In this document: piece after piece, positions 48,329-57,586 of the stretch
How positions within the stretch are numbered: the first letter of the stretch is position 1
Layout: the number at the start of each line of letters is the position of its first letter
Program-made: the position numbers and the translations under genes
Assembly: GCA_038153405.1 (NCBI GenBank)
Contig: JAYOYH010000001.1
Coordinates: 96,156 to 160,155, forward strand
Length of the DNA stretch: 64,000 bases
Direction of reading: 5' to 3'
Source of the DNA: Gemmatimonadota bacterium
Lineage (GTDB): Bacteria; Latescibacterota; UBA2968; UBA8231
Notes under the pieces: generated by a model
What the model was told of the DNA's origin: nothing
Databases searched by the model: none
The model's input: the letters and a program-made list of their open reading frames with translations, nothing else

Positions 48329-49060
48329 GTGGTCGATCAGACGGAGCCGGTCGCCATTGTAACAGGGGCAGGAACCGGTATTGGTCGCGCCGTGGCGCGC
48401 GCCTTTGTCGATGCGGGAATGCGCGTAGCGCTGTGGGGGCGTCGGTTGGATACGCTAGAACAAGCGGCACTCGATCTGGATCCACAGCGCGTGTATTTGA
48501 CGGCCTGTGACGTGGCCGATCGCGCGCAGGTGCAAACGGCCGTAGACGCACTTCAGGCGCAGTGGGGTGCTGTTGATGTGCTCGTCAACAACGCGGGTAT
48601 CAACACAAACCCCCGTTCGATTGCCGACGTCGATCCAGCCGATTGGGACCGCACGGTCGCGATCAATTTGACGGGCGTTTTCAACGCCACGCGCGCCGTC
48701 TTGCCAATCATGCGCGCGCAGCGGTCTGGGATTGTAATCAACGTCGCCTCGATTGCCGGTCTGCGCGCCAGTCAAGTGGCCGGAGCGGCCTATTCGGCTA
48801 CCAAGCACGGCGTTGTTGCACTCAGCAATTCGCTCAACGACGAGCAGGTCGAATACGGCATACGCGCTTGCGCCCTTTGTCCGGGCGAAGTGGAGACGCC
48901 GATCCTCGAACAGCGCGTCGAGAACGTGAGTGCCGAGCGGCGGGCGGCTATGCTGCAGCCGCAGGACGTCGCTGCAGCCGCGCTCTTTGTCGTACGGCTG
49001 CCGCCGCGTGCCTGCGTGCCGCTCCTCGTTATAAAGCCCACGGTGCAGAGTTTTCACTAG
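48329..49060 (+). CDS. Short-chain dehydrogenase/reductase
   Basis: TGAGTGIG, NNAG, YSATK, PGEV.T. Confidence 0.9.
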   Translation: MVDQTEPVAIVTGAGTGIGRAVARAFVDAGMRVALWGRRLDTLEQAALDLDPQRVYLTACDVADRAQVQTAVDALQAQWGAVDVLVNNAGINTNPRSIADVDPADWDRTVAINLTGVFNATRAVLPIMRAQRSGIVINVASIAGLRASQVAGAAYSATKHGVVALSNSLNDEQVEYGIRACALCPGEVETPILEQRVENVSAERRAAMLQPQDVAAAALFVVRLPPRACVPLLVIKPTVQSFH

Positions 49061-49092
49061 CGGCCCGCACTGATTGCCGAGCGCGTGCGCAG

Positions 49093-50202
49093 TTACGAGA
49101 GTCCTTTGAGCCCGTGACCCGATAGAATGGCGACTAGCGTGGCATCTCCTGCCATGCTGTGCTGTCGGCAATAGGCGTGCATGCCCTGCCACACCACCGC
49201 CGACGTCGCTTCGACGCAGATCCCGCCTCTGCCAAACTGCCGCAGCCCCTCTTCTATAGCGGCTTCTTCAACTGTTACGACGCTGCCGCCGGTGGTGCGC
49301 AGGGCGTCCAAGAGCGCCCGTCCGCGCACCGGTTTGGGCAAGGCGATGCCTTCGGCGCGCGTTGGCTGCGGCTGTGCACAGGGCGCGACTTCTTCTGCCC
49401 GAGCTTGCCACGCCGCGTAGAGCGGAGCTACCTGCGCAGCCTGCACGGCCACTAAGCGCGGTATGCGCTCTAGGCTGCCTGCTTCTACCAAGCGAGAAAA
49501 TCCCGCATATAGGCCCAATAAAATGCTGCCGGCGCCCACCGGGCAGAATACGACGTCGGGCGCGTTCCATCCCAACTGCTCGGCGATTTCGAACGCCAGC
49601 GTTTGCACGCCATAGATAAAGAGGGGGTTCCACAGGTGCGAAGCATAGACGGCCTCGCTTTGGCCTAGGTAGTCGAGCAGGGCGCGTGTGGCCTGAGGGC
49701 GCGGCCCATCGACGCGTAGCAATTTCGCTCCGTAGCGGCTGATTTGGGCGAGCTTGGCCGGCGAGGCAGAGGCCGGGCAAAAGACGGTAAGCTCAATGCC
49801 GGCGCGGGCGGCATAGGCTGCTAGTGCGGCCCCGGCATTGCCCGACGAATCCTCGACGGCCTTGCGCACGCCCTGGCGCTGCAGAAAGTTCATCAACAGC
49901 GCGGCGCCGCGGTCCTTGTAGGATCCCGTCGGCTGGGCGTAGTCGCACTTTAGTAAAACGCGTCGATCGGCCAAGTCGAATGGAACCAAAGGAGACATGG
50001 TCTCGCCCAGCGACAAGGTCCCCGCCCACTCGGGCAGGGCTTCGGCATAGCGCCAGGGGTTCGGTGGGCGCTCGGCCAAGCGCTCAGCCGGGAAGGCGGC
50101 GGGCACCTGTTTGCATTCGAGCGGGCCGCTGCACGACGGGCAGCGGTAGTTATCCAATGGGTCGATTTCGCACGGGCTGCAAACGGGGCAAAAAAAGTGC
50201 AT
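49093..50202 (-). CDS. Threonine synthase-like PLP enzyme with N-terminal Zn ribbon
   Basis: CPVC..CPSC; PTGSYKDRG, DSSGNAG, PVGAGS, LSGHGLK. Confidence 0.8.
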   Translation of the reverse strand: MHFFCPVCSPCEIDPLDNYRCPSCSGPLECKQVPAAFPAERLAERPPNPWRYAEALPEWAGTLSLGETMSPLVPFDLADRRVLLKCDYAQPTGSYKDRGAALLMNFLQRQGVRKAVEDSSGNAGAALAAYAARAGIELTVFCPASASPAKLAQISRYGAKLLRVDGPRPQATRALLDYLGQSEAVYASHLWNPLFIYGVQTLAFEIAEQLGWNAPDVVFCPVGAGSILLGLYAGFSRLVEAGSLERIPRLVAVQAAQVAPLYAAWQARAEEVAPCAQPQPTRAEGIALPKPVRGRALLDALRTTGGSVVTVEEAAIEEGLRQFGRGGICVEATSAVVWQGMHAYCRQHSMAGDATLVAILSGHGLKGLS

Positions 50203-50203
50203 A

Positions 50204-51487
50204 TCAGGCCGATGCCAGCGCGGCGCGCGTGCCCTCGATGTCGAAACACGCCAACTGGTTGCCGCGCATGAGCCGTTCGGCCAGCCCAATGGCCTGTGCT
50301 TCGTCGAGTAGCCCATCGTCGATCTCGGCCTGTAGGCTGCGGCCCAGCCAGCGCCGAGCTTGAATCGCGTAGGCTGCTGCCGAGGTCGGCCAACCGGTGT
50401 CGCCGCCAAAGGCAAAGAGCTTGTTGGCCGGTGCCGCGTGAATAAAGCGGCGCACGAAGTCGGCCGAAGAAAACGGGTCAATGGACCAGGCCCAGCACAG
50501 GTCGGCCCAGACGTTGCGGTAGTGCTTGACGAGGGCGATGAGTTCGCCGCTGTAGGGATAGGCAATGTGCATGAGGACAAAGCGGCAGTCGAGATAGCGC
50601 GCTAGTAGGTTGCACAGATGGCCGCTCTTTATGCGGTCGACGGGCATGCGGTCGTTGCCGGCGTAATAGCCCGTGTGAATTTTAAACGGCAGTCTGTATT
50701 CGATAGCCAGTTCGACGCCGCGCGCCCAACACCAATCGCCCAATAGCAGGCGGTCTCCCTCAGCAATTTCATCGCCGTTGAGCGTGCGTTGCAAAACGCG
50801 TTCGGCATCGGCATCGCTGCGTTCCTCCCAGCGCAGGGTGCGGTTATAGGCGTGCTGCGCCTTGACGGCGATGGCATAGCGACCGTAGCGGGCAAAGAGC
50901 GCGCCCATGGCTTGGCGCAGAGAGGCGAGGTCGCTCACTTCGATGGCGGTGTCGGCGTGCAGCGCTGCCGCATCGATTTGCCCGTTGCAGAATCCGGCCC
51001 AAGACAGGTCGTAGAGAAAGAAGTCGCGGCCCGATTCGTCGGGCAGGCAGGGCCAGCAAAAATCGTCGGTTTGCACGTGGTCGAGGTTGGCTCGATCGCG
51101 TAGGAGGTGCAGGCGGCCACCGGGCTGGCGCCACTGGACCAGCTGTGCCTGCGCCCGTTCGAGTGCCGCACCGCTAAAGTCCTCCATGCCGTAAATTTCG
51201 CGGGCGAGAATGGTTACGGCCTCGCCGTAACCGGTGTGTTGAACGGCTTCCCACGCGGTGCGAATTCCCTCAAAGCGCACGGCAAAATCGCCGTTGCTCG
51301 CATCGGTAAGTTGCCGCATCGCTTCTGGGGTGGCTCCAGCCGAAAGCAAGTCTGCGGGGATATAGTTGCCGAAGAGGTCTTGCAGAATATCGGGGCCGTC
51401 ATCGCTCCAATCGCGCTCTTTACGCAGGTGTTCGTGCGTATCAATGAGCGGTGTTTCTCGTATGAAATGCTGCAGATTCGTTGCCAT
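50204..51487 (-). CDS. Amidohydrolase-family protein
   Basis: IDTHEH, KIHTG, LMHIAYPY, DLCW, FGGD. Confidence 0.85.
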   Translation of the reverse strand: MATNLQHFIRETPLIDTHEHLRKERDWSDDGPDILQDLFGNYIPADLLSAGATPEAMRQLTDASNGDFAVRFEGIRTAWEAVQHTGYGEAVTILAREIYGMEDFSGAALERAQAQLVQWRQPGGRLHLLRDRANLDHVQTDDFCWPCLPDESGRDFFLYDLSWAGFCNGQIDAAALHADTAIEVSDLASLRQAMGALFARYGRYAIAVKAQHAYNRTLRWEERSDADAERVLQRTLNGDEIAEGDRLLLGDWCWARGVELAIEYRLPFKIHTGYYAGNDRMPVDRIKSGHLCNLLARYLDCRFVLMHIAYPYSGELIALVKHYRNVWADLCWAWSIDPFSSADFVRRFIHAAPANKLFAFGGDTGWPTSAAAYAIQARRWLGRSLQAEIDDGLLDEAQAIGLAERLMRGNQLACFDIEGTRAALASA

Positions 51488-51540
51488 GGACGCCCTCGCG
51501 GAATGGGTCGGTTAAAACGGGTGGCGATCTTTGCTGGGGG

Positions 51541-51606
51541 ATGATATCGAGCGGTAGGAGGCATGTCAATACTGCGCTTGTGTCCCTGCTCAACTTGGGA
51601 TATACT
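51541..51606. promoter_or_regulatory. Back-to-back divergent sigma70 promoters
   Basis: Minus strand TTGACA (51569-51564), 17 nt, TATCAT (51546-51541); plus strand TTGTGT (51578-51583), 17 nt, TATACT (51601-51606). Confidence 0.6.
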
Positions 51607-51615
51607 GGATCCACT

Positions 51616-52047
51616 ATGGACATACATCCGCAGGTTGTTCACTTTGCCGTCGCGCTGATCCCATTTGCCGCCCTGCTCGATCTATATGCCCTATGGCGCG
51701 GTGGGCGCGCTTGGCACCACTTTGCCTATGTCACTTTTGTCGTGGGCGTCGCCGCTGCGCTGGGGGCTGTAGTGAGTGGCAACGCCGCTGCTGCCGAGCA
51801 CTGGGATCGAGAGGACGTGCAGCTCGTTCTGTCTACGCACGAAGACTGGGCGACGGCCACGCTGCTGTGTGGACTGGCGCTGGCACTAGGGCGATTGCCG
51901 CTGCATCTGCGCAAAGAAGCAGATGGAAAGCGCATGCTGCCGTGGGTTCTTGGAGCCCTTGCAGGGGCCACGTTGATAGCCGTTACGGCCCATTACGGAG
52001 GGGTGCTGGTTTACGAGCACGCCGTTGGGCTGGGCGGGAACGAGTAA
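51616..52047 (+). CDS. DUF2231-family membrane protein
   Basis: HPQVVHFAVAL, TH, TAHYGG.LVYEH.VG. Confidence 0.75.
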   Translation: MDIHPQVVHFAVALIPFAALLDLYALWRGGRAWHHFAYVTFVVGVAAALGAVVSGNAAAAEHWDREDVQLVLSTHEDWATATLLCGLALALGRLPLHLRKEADGKRMLPWVLGALAGATLIAVTAHYGGVLVYEHAVGLGGNE

Positions 52048-52056
52048 GAATGGGCG

Positions 52057-53442
52057 CTACGCGTAGAACAAGCGAGGCAAGTAGGTAGCCAACTCGGGGT
52101 AAAACCACAGGGACAGCAGCAGAATGCACTGTATGGCGATAAAGGGAATCGCGCCCCTGTATATCTGCGGCGTGCTAATAGAGGGTGGGGCTACGCCGCG
52201 CAGGTAGAATAGTGAAAAGCCAAAGGGCGGCGTCAAGAAAGAGGTCTGCAGGTTGAGGGCGATCATTACGCCAAACCATATGGGATCGAGTCCCATGGCC
52301 AGCAAGACGGGGCCGACGATGGGGACGACGACAAAGATGATTTCGAAAAAGTCGAGAAAAAATCCCAGCAGAAACATGGCGATCATTACCACGAGAAAAG
52401 AAACGGCTACGCCGCCTTGCATGGAGTGCAGGTAATGTGCGACGATATCGTCTCCACCGTAGCCGCGGAAGACCAGCGAGAAAAACGAAGCGCCAATGAG
52501 AATGGTGAAGACCATGGCGTTGATCTCGGTCGTCGAGCGCATAACGTCGCGCAGCGTCTTGCGGTCGAAGTGGCCCTTGATGGCCGATAGCGCGATGGCG
52601 CCGACTGCGCCGACGGAGGCCGCTTCCGTCGGGGTGGCTACGCCGAGAAGAATGGAGCCGAGCACGCCGGCGATGAGCAGCAAGGGAGGGGCCAGGGCGC
52701 TGGCCAGGTGGCGCAAAAACGCAGGGTTGCTCAGGTACTGGCGCTCTTGTTCTGGAATGGGTGGGACCGAATCCGGTCGCACGATGCCGAGGGCAATGAT
52801 GTACAGCACGTAGAGCACCATCAGCAGCACGCCGGGCAGCAGGGCCCCCATAAACAGATCGCCGACGGATATCGAGGTCGGCGAGAAGTTGCCGAGTTTG
52901 AGCTGGGCCTGCTGATGAGCCGACGAGACTACGTCGCCGAGAATGACCAGTACAATGCTGGGCGGAATGATTTGCCCCAGCGTGCCCGACGCGCAAATAA
53001 TGCCCGTCGATAGCTCCGGCGAGTAGGCGCGCCGCTGCATGGCCGGCAGCGAAATGAGGCCCATGGTGACAACGGTGGCGCCGACAATGCCCGTGGACGC
53101 GGCCAGCAGGCCACCTACCAGACAAACGGAAATGCCGAGGCCGCCGCGCAGACCGCCGAAGAGCTGCGACATCGTCTCGAGCAGGTCTTCGGCGATTTTT
53201 GAGCGCTCCAGCACGACGCCCATAAAAACGAATAGCGGAACGGCAACGAGCGTTTCGTTGCTCATAATACCGTAAATGCGCGAAGGGAGGGCGGAGAGAA
53301 ACGCCGCGTCGAAATGGCCGGTCAGCAAACCGAGTCCAGCAAAGAGCAGCGCTGTGCCCGCCAAGCAGAAAGCGACGGGAAAGCCGGACAGCAATATGAT
53401 GAGGGTGGCGGCAAACATCGCCAGCGGATAGAGCTCGCTCAT
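52057..53442 (-). CDS. TRAP transporter large permease (DctM)
   Basis: AVPLFVFMG, STGIVGA, SGTLGQIIPPS, TPTEA, LTPPFG. Confidence 0.93.
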   Translation of the reverse strand: MSELYPLAMFAATLIILLSGFPVAFCLAGTALLFAGLGLLTGHFDAAFLSALPSRIYGIMSNETLVAVPLFVFMGVVLERSKIAEDLLETMSQLFGGLRGGLGISVCLVGGLLAASTGIVGATVVTMGLISLPAMQRRAYSPELSTGIICASGTLGQIIPPSIVLVILGDVVSSAHQQAQLKLGNFSPTSISVGDLFMGALLPGVLLMVLYVLYIIALGIVRPDSVPPIPEQERQYLSNPAFLRHLASALAPPLLLIAGVLGSILLGVATPTEAASVGAVGAIALSAIKGHFDRKTLRDVMRSTTEINAMVFTILIGASFFSLVFRGYGGDDIVAHYLHSMQGGVAVSFLVVMIAMFLLGFFLDFFEIIFVVVPIVGPVLLAMGLDPIWFGVMIALNLQTSFLTPPFGFSLFYLRGVAPPSISTPQIYRGAIPFIAIQCILLLSLWFYPELATYLPRLFYA

Positions 53443-53918
53443 GGCGCGGTGCGCAGCGTGGCTATGCTCTGGCGTATCGTGGCGATACCCTGCCCAAAGA
53501 GCAGCAGGCAAAAGAGGGGAATCGACGTTTTGAGCAGATAAACGGCTTCAAGGCCGCCGCCGTCTTTCGATCCTTCGAATACGGACCAAGAGGCTATGAC
53601 GTAGGGCAGCGATTGGTAGAAGAGAACGGCGCAGGTGGGGATCAGCAAGAACGCGCTGCCCAAGAGGTTGACCCATGCCTTGCGGCGCGCGGATGCCGGC
53701 CGATAAAAGATGTCGACGCGCACGTGCTCGTCGCGCGCCAGCGCATAGCCAGCAGCCAGCAAAAACGTGAAGGCGTGCAGGTAGAGCACGATCTCCTGCA
53801 TCCAGACCCAACCCCGCTCAAAGGCGTAGCGCAGGATGACGATGGCAAAAGTGATCAGCACCATGCCCAGCGTGCACCAAGGAATAGTGCGGCCGATCAG
53901 TTTGTTGAGGCGCTGCAT
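53439..53918 (-). CDS. TRAP transporter small permease (DctQ)
   Basis: VILRY, QE..LY, DEHVRVDIFY. Confidence 0.88.
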   Translation of the reverse strand: MQRLNKLIGRTIPWCTLGMVLITFAIVILRYAFERGWVWMQEIVLYLHAFTFLLAAGYALARDEHVRVDIFYRPASARRKAWVNLLGSAFLLIPTCAVLFYQSLPYVIASWSVFEGSKDGGGLEAVYLLKTSIPLFCLLLFGQGIATIRQSIATLRTAP

Positions 53919-55042
53919 CAGGCCTGCGTCAGTGCCCGCGCCAGCGTGTAGGCCTCTTCGGAAATCCGCGTGTAGGAGACGGACTGTGCGCGGAAAGCAT
54001 TAAATGAGCCGTAGACCTTGTTGGAGAGTGGATCTTTTGCCGCGATTTCGCTGACTACGTCGCGCGCCACGCGGCCGATGGCTTCGAGTACTTCATCGGA
54101 GAACCGCTTGAGCTGCACGCCGTGCTCGTCGACGAGCGTTTTGAGCGCGATGCCGTTGCGCGTAGTAAACTCGGCTAGCATGTCTTCGTTGGTCGACTGG
54201 CAGGCGTAGCGCACGATGTGCTGCAATTCGCTGGGCAGGGCATCCCACGCCTCTTTGTTAATCATCGCCTCCATGGTGGTGCCGGGTTCGTGCCAGCCGG
54301 GCCAGTAGTAAAACTTGGCCGCTTGGTGGAAGCCAAAGGCCAGGTCATTGTAGGGGCCAACCCATTCTGTCGCATCAATTGCCCCGGTTTTGAGCGCTTG
54401 GAAAATCTCGCCGCCCGGCAGGTTTTGCACTGTGGCGTTCAGGCGGCGCAGCACCTCGCCGCCCAGGCCGGGCATGCGCATCACAAGGCCGGAGAAATCG
54501 TCGAGTGCATTGATCTCGCGGTTGAACCAGCCGCCCATTTGCACACCGGTGTTGCCGGCCGGAAAGGCCTTCAGGCCAAAGCCGGCATACAGTTCGTCCC
54601 ACAGTTCCTGCCCGCCCCCGTAGTATAGCCACCCGTTGATCTCCTGAGCGGTCAAGCCAAAAGGCACGGCGGAGAAAAACTGCGTCGCCTCGTGCTTGCC
54701 CTTCCAATAATAGGCGCTGGCGTGTCCCATTTCTGCCGTGCCGCCGGCTACGCTGTCAAAAACGCCCATGGCTGGAACCAACTCGCCGGCACCGTACACC
54801 TTAACTTCGAGTTGTCCACCGGACATTTCGCCAATAATGCGCGCAAGGCGGTTGGCCCCCGTGCCCAGACCGGGGAAATCCTTGGGCCAGGTGGTGACCA
54901 TTTTCCATTTGCGGCGTTTGCGCGTTTGTACGGCAGGGCCGCTCTGTTCCTGGGCCTGTCCGCAGGCGACCAAAGCCGCTGAGGCGGCCAGCGGCGCCTG
55001 GTGCAGAAAGCGGCGACGCGAAGTGTTGCGATGCTCTTGCAT
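53918..55042 (-). CDS. TRAP substrate-binding protein (TakP-like), Tat signal with lipobox
   Basis: SRRRFL..LVAC; WKMVTTWP, QMGGWFNREI, DATEWVGPYND. Confidence 0.9.
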   Translation of the reverse strand: MQEHRNTSRRRFLHQAPLAASAALVACGQAQEQSGPAVQTRKRRKWKMVTTWPKDFPGLGTGANRLARIIGEMSGGQLEVKVYGAGELVPAMGVFDSVAGGTAEMGHASAYYWKGKHEATQFFSAVPFGLTAQEINGWLYYGGGQELWDELYAGFGLKAFPAGNTGVQMGGWFNREINALDDFSGLVMRMPGLGGEVLRRLNATVQNLPGGEIFQALKTGAIDATEWVGPYNDLAFGFHQAAKFYYWPGWHEPGTTMEAMINKEAWDALPSELQHIVRYACQSTNEDMLAEFTTRNGIALKTLVDEHGVQLKRFSDEVLEAIGRVARDVVSEIAAKDPLSNKVYGSFNAFRAQSVSYTRISEEAYTLARALTQA

Positions 55043-55092
55043 AATATCTTGGCTCTTGGTGCGAGGTGACATGCGGTCGGTGGAGATAGGAA

Positions 55093-55779
55093 TTAACTGC
55101 GTTCGATCAGGCGGCATGTGCCATCGTCGGCGCCAACGATGACCAGGTCGGTCAGGCCGATGAATAGGCCATTTTCGACGACTCCGGGCAGCGCGTTGAT
55201 CCAGCGTTCGCTCTCGGCGCCGTCGGCAATGCCGGCGGGGAAGGCGCAGTCGATGATAAAGTTGCCGTTGTCGGTTTTAAACGTTTCGCCGTCTGCGCTC
55301 TGGCGCAGAGAGGGTCGCAGGTTGCGTTCGATAAAGGCGCGGTGGATCAACGGCCAGGCAAAGGGAATCACTTCGACGGGCAGCGGGGCCTTGGTGCCGA
55401 GTTGGTCGACCAGTTTGGATTCGTCGACGATGATTATTTGGCGAGTAGTGGCCGAGGCGACGATTTTTTCGCGCAGCAGCGCACCGCCCAAACCTTTGAT
55501 CAGATCGAGTTGGGGGTCGACTTCGTCGGCTCCATCGATGGTCACGTCGACCACGGACTCTTCTTCTAAGCTGACGACGTCGATGCCGAGTGACTGCGCC
55601 AGCTTTGTCGAGGCGATCGAAGTAGACACGGCGGTTATGCGCAAGCCTTCGTCGACGCGCCCGCCCAGTGCGCGGATGGCGTATTCTGCCGTCGAGCCCG
55701 TTCCAAGTCCGACGACCATGCCGCTCTTAACGTATTCGGCGGCTTTATTACCCGCCGCTTCTTTGGCGTTCATAGACAA
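55093..55779 (-). CDS. rpiA: Ribose-5-phosphate isomerase A
   Basis: GLGTGST, DGADEVD, IKGLGGALLREK, TDNGN, PGVVENGLF. Confidence 0.95.
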   Translation of the reverse strand: MSMNAKEAAGNKAAEYVKSGMVVGLGTGSTAEYAIRALGGRVDEGLRITAVSTSIASTKLAQSLGIDVVSLEEESVVDVTIDGADEVDPQLDLIKGLGGALLREKIVASATTRQIIIVDESKLVDQLGTKAPLPVEVIPFAWPLIHRAFIERNLRPSLRQSADGETFKTDNGNFIIDCAFPAGIADGAESERWINALPGVVENGLFIGLTDLVIVGADDGTCRLIERS

Positions 55780-55784
55780 TCCTT

Positions 55785-56252
55785 TTACAGGCGCATCACG
55801 TAGTGGATTTGCTGCGCAACTTCTTCAAAGCCGACGTCGGGATACAGATGTGAGCCGATGGAATTTTGTGCGAGCGTTTCGATTTTTGCGCACTCCATGC
55901 CCTCGCTGCGCATGAAGTGGAGCGCGCACTCCAGCAATTGGCGTCCGATGCCCTTGCCCTGCAGGGCCGGATCAACCGCGATGTTGGGAATGCCACCGAT
56001 TTTGCTCTCGCGGTCGATGCGCGTCGTCACATAGCCGCCCACTTGGCCATCTTGCTCCCAGACAAAAACGCCGCGCGCGCGATCTCCCTGCACGTCGTCG
56101 TCGATATGGCGCAGTTTGCGCCAGCGCCAATCGCGGTCGCCAATGAGGCCAAAGCGCTCCTCGATATTGCGGTCGATCGACACGCCGTCAAAGCAGATGG
56201 CCGTTATTTCTTTTAACCGTTCTAGGTCTTTTGTCTGATAGAGCCTGATCAT
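55785..56252 (-). CDS. GNAT-family acetyltransferase
   Basis: NIAVDPALQGKGIGR acetyl-CoA motif A. Confidence 0.85.
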   Translation of the reverse strand: MIRLYQTKDLERLKEITAICFDGVSIDRNIEERFGLIGDRDWRWRKLRHIDDDVQGDRARGVFVWEQDGQVGGYVTTRIDRESKIGGIPNIAVDPALQGKGIGRQLLECALHFMRSEGMECAKIETLAQNSIGSHLYPDVGFEEVAQQIHYVMRL

Positions 56253-56307
56253 AATGGGCCTATAATATGGCCCATGGAACTTTTGCCAGCAAGCACCTGC
56301 CAGCCCA

Positions 56308-57483
56308 TTAGCTCGTCGTCGGTGCTGCGCTGGCAACCCGCAGCGCATCGGCAAAGAATTTCGTCGACCAGTTGAGGATGGCATGTGGCACGTAGGCACC
56401 GCCAATGGGAAAGGACGAGGGCAGCCCGCCGCGAATGCCGGGGTGGCGCGCGCGAAGAGATTGGTGCGTTTTGAGGCGATCGACGAGGGCGTGGGCAATT
56501 CGGTGCAGCGGGCTGCTAGGCGCATCGCCCAGGGCAAAGAGCACGATGGCCAGTTGGGCATTGCCCGTCAGGCACATGTGGTTGGCGCGTCCGCTCCACG
56601 CTGCATCGAGTGCCGCCGGCACAAAGCCGGTCGTGCCCATCTGCGGTTGGGCCTGCAGAAGGCCGTCGACGGCCCGCTGCACGGCGCTGCGGACGGTGTG
56701 GCCGTCGCCGCTGAGCAGGCGCGCGCATTCGAGCAGTCCGCGCAGCGTGTAGGCGATGGTGTGGGTGATGGGATATTGGCCCGGTTGCAGGGCCATGTGG
56801 GGAAAAAAACCGCTGCCCTGTTGCAGCGGAAGTAGCCAGTTGACAAAGGCCTGTGCCGCGCGGCGGTAGCGCTCATCGCCGCACAGGTCAAAAACCTCTA
56901 AGAGCGGCCAGGCCACCCGTGCGTGGTAGGCGCGGGGTGCGTCCAGATACGTATGGCGCGTCCATTTACCGTCGTCATCCTGCACGTCGAGCAGCCAATC
57001 GGCCGCGCGCCGCGCCGCATCGAGGTAGCGCTCATCGCCTGCGTGGCGATACAGCGCAGTCCACCCCAAAATGACCTGGCCCGTATTGAAGACGATGGGA
57101 TAGTCGTTGAGGCCGATGCCGCCGCGCACAGCGCCCGAGGGCAATTGAATGGCGATTTCCCAATTGCCCATGCGCTGGGCGCGTTCGATGAAATGGGGGT
57201 GGTTTGGGGAGCATGCCAGTAGGGTCGGTATAATGTAGCCCGTTGTTTCCGGATAGGGAGGCATCCAACCGCGGCGCATAAAATAGCCCGCCGAAACGCC
57301 CTGACCGCCGCCGGCATCGTGGGCGCGACACAGCCAGTCGAGCGCGCCCTGCAGGTGCTCGCTGGCGTCGTGCACCTGGTGCTGTCGGTCGGGCCGCAAG
57401 AGCAGAGGCCAGTGGCCTGGCCTTCCCACCAGATGGCCACACTCGTAGAGTGCTATGGCGAGTTGCTTGGCGGTTAGCAGCAT
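56308..57483 (-). CDS. Uncharacterised (alpha/alpha)6-barrel protein with QW-like repeats
   Basis: YPETTGYIIPT, FNTGQV, WLLDVQDDDGKW, THTIAY, CLTG.AQ, NWSTKFFAD. Confidence 0.65.
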   Translation of the reverse strand: MLLTAKQLAIALYECGHLVGRPGHWPLLLRPDRQHQVHDASEHLQGALDWLCRAHDAGGGQGVSAGYFMRRGWMPPYPETTGYIIPTLLACSPNHPHFIERAQRMGNWEIAIQLPSGAVRGGIGLNDYPIVFNTGQVILGWTALYRHAGDERYLDAARRAADWLLDVQDDDGKWTRHTYLDAPRAYHARVAWPLLEVFDLCGDERYRRAAQAFVNWLLPLQQGSGFFPHMALQPGQYPITHTIAYTLRGLLECARLLSGDGHTVRSAVQRAVDGLLQAQPQMGTTGFVPAALDAAWSGRANHMCLTGNAQLAIVLFALGDAPSSPLHRIAHALVDRLKTHQSLRARHPGIRGGLPSSFPIGGAYVPHAILNWSTKFFADALRVASAAPTTS

Positions 57484-57586
57484 GGGAGATCGCGTATAAG
57501 AAGGGTCAATGCACTTTGCTATGATTGGAATAACATAATATTTTTCAGTGTATTATGACAGAGCACTTAGCCCCCCAGGGCGCTGT

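Noticed and set aside
55118..55915. Long antisense and alternate-frame ORFs (also 2479-3303, 26933-27706, 52175-53125)
   Set aside because: Shadows of well-supported genes in GC-rich DNA, with no recognisable motifs.
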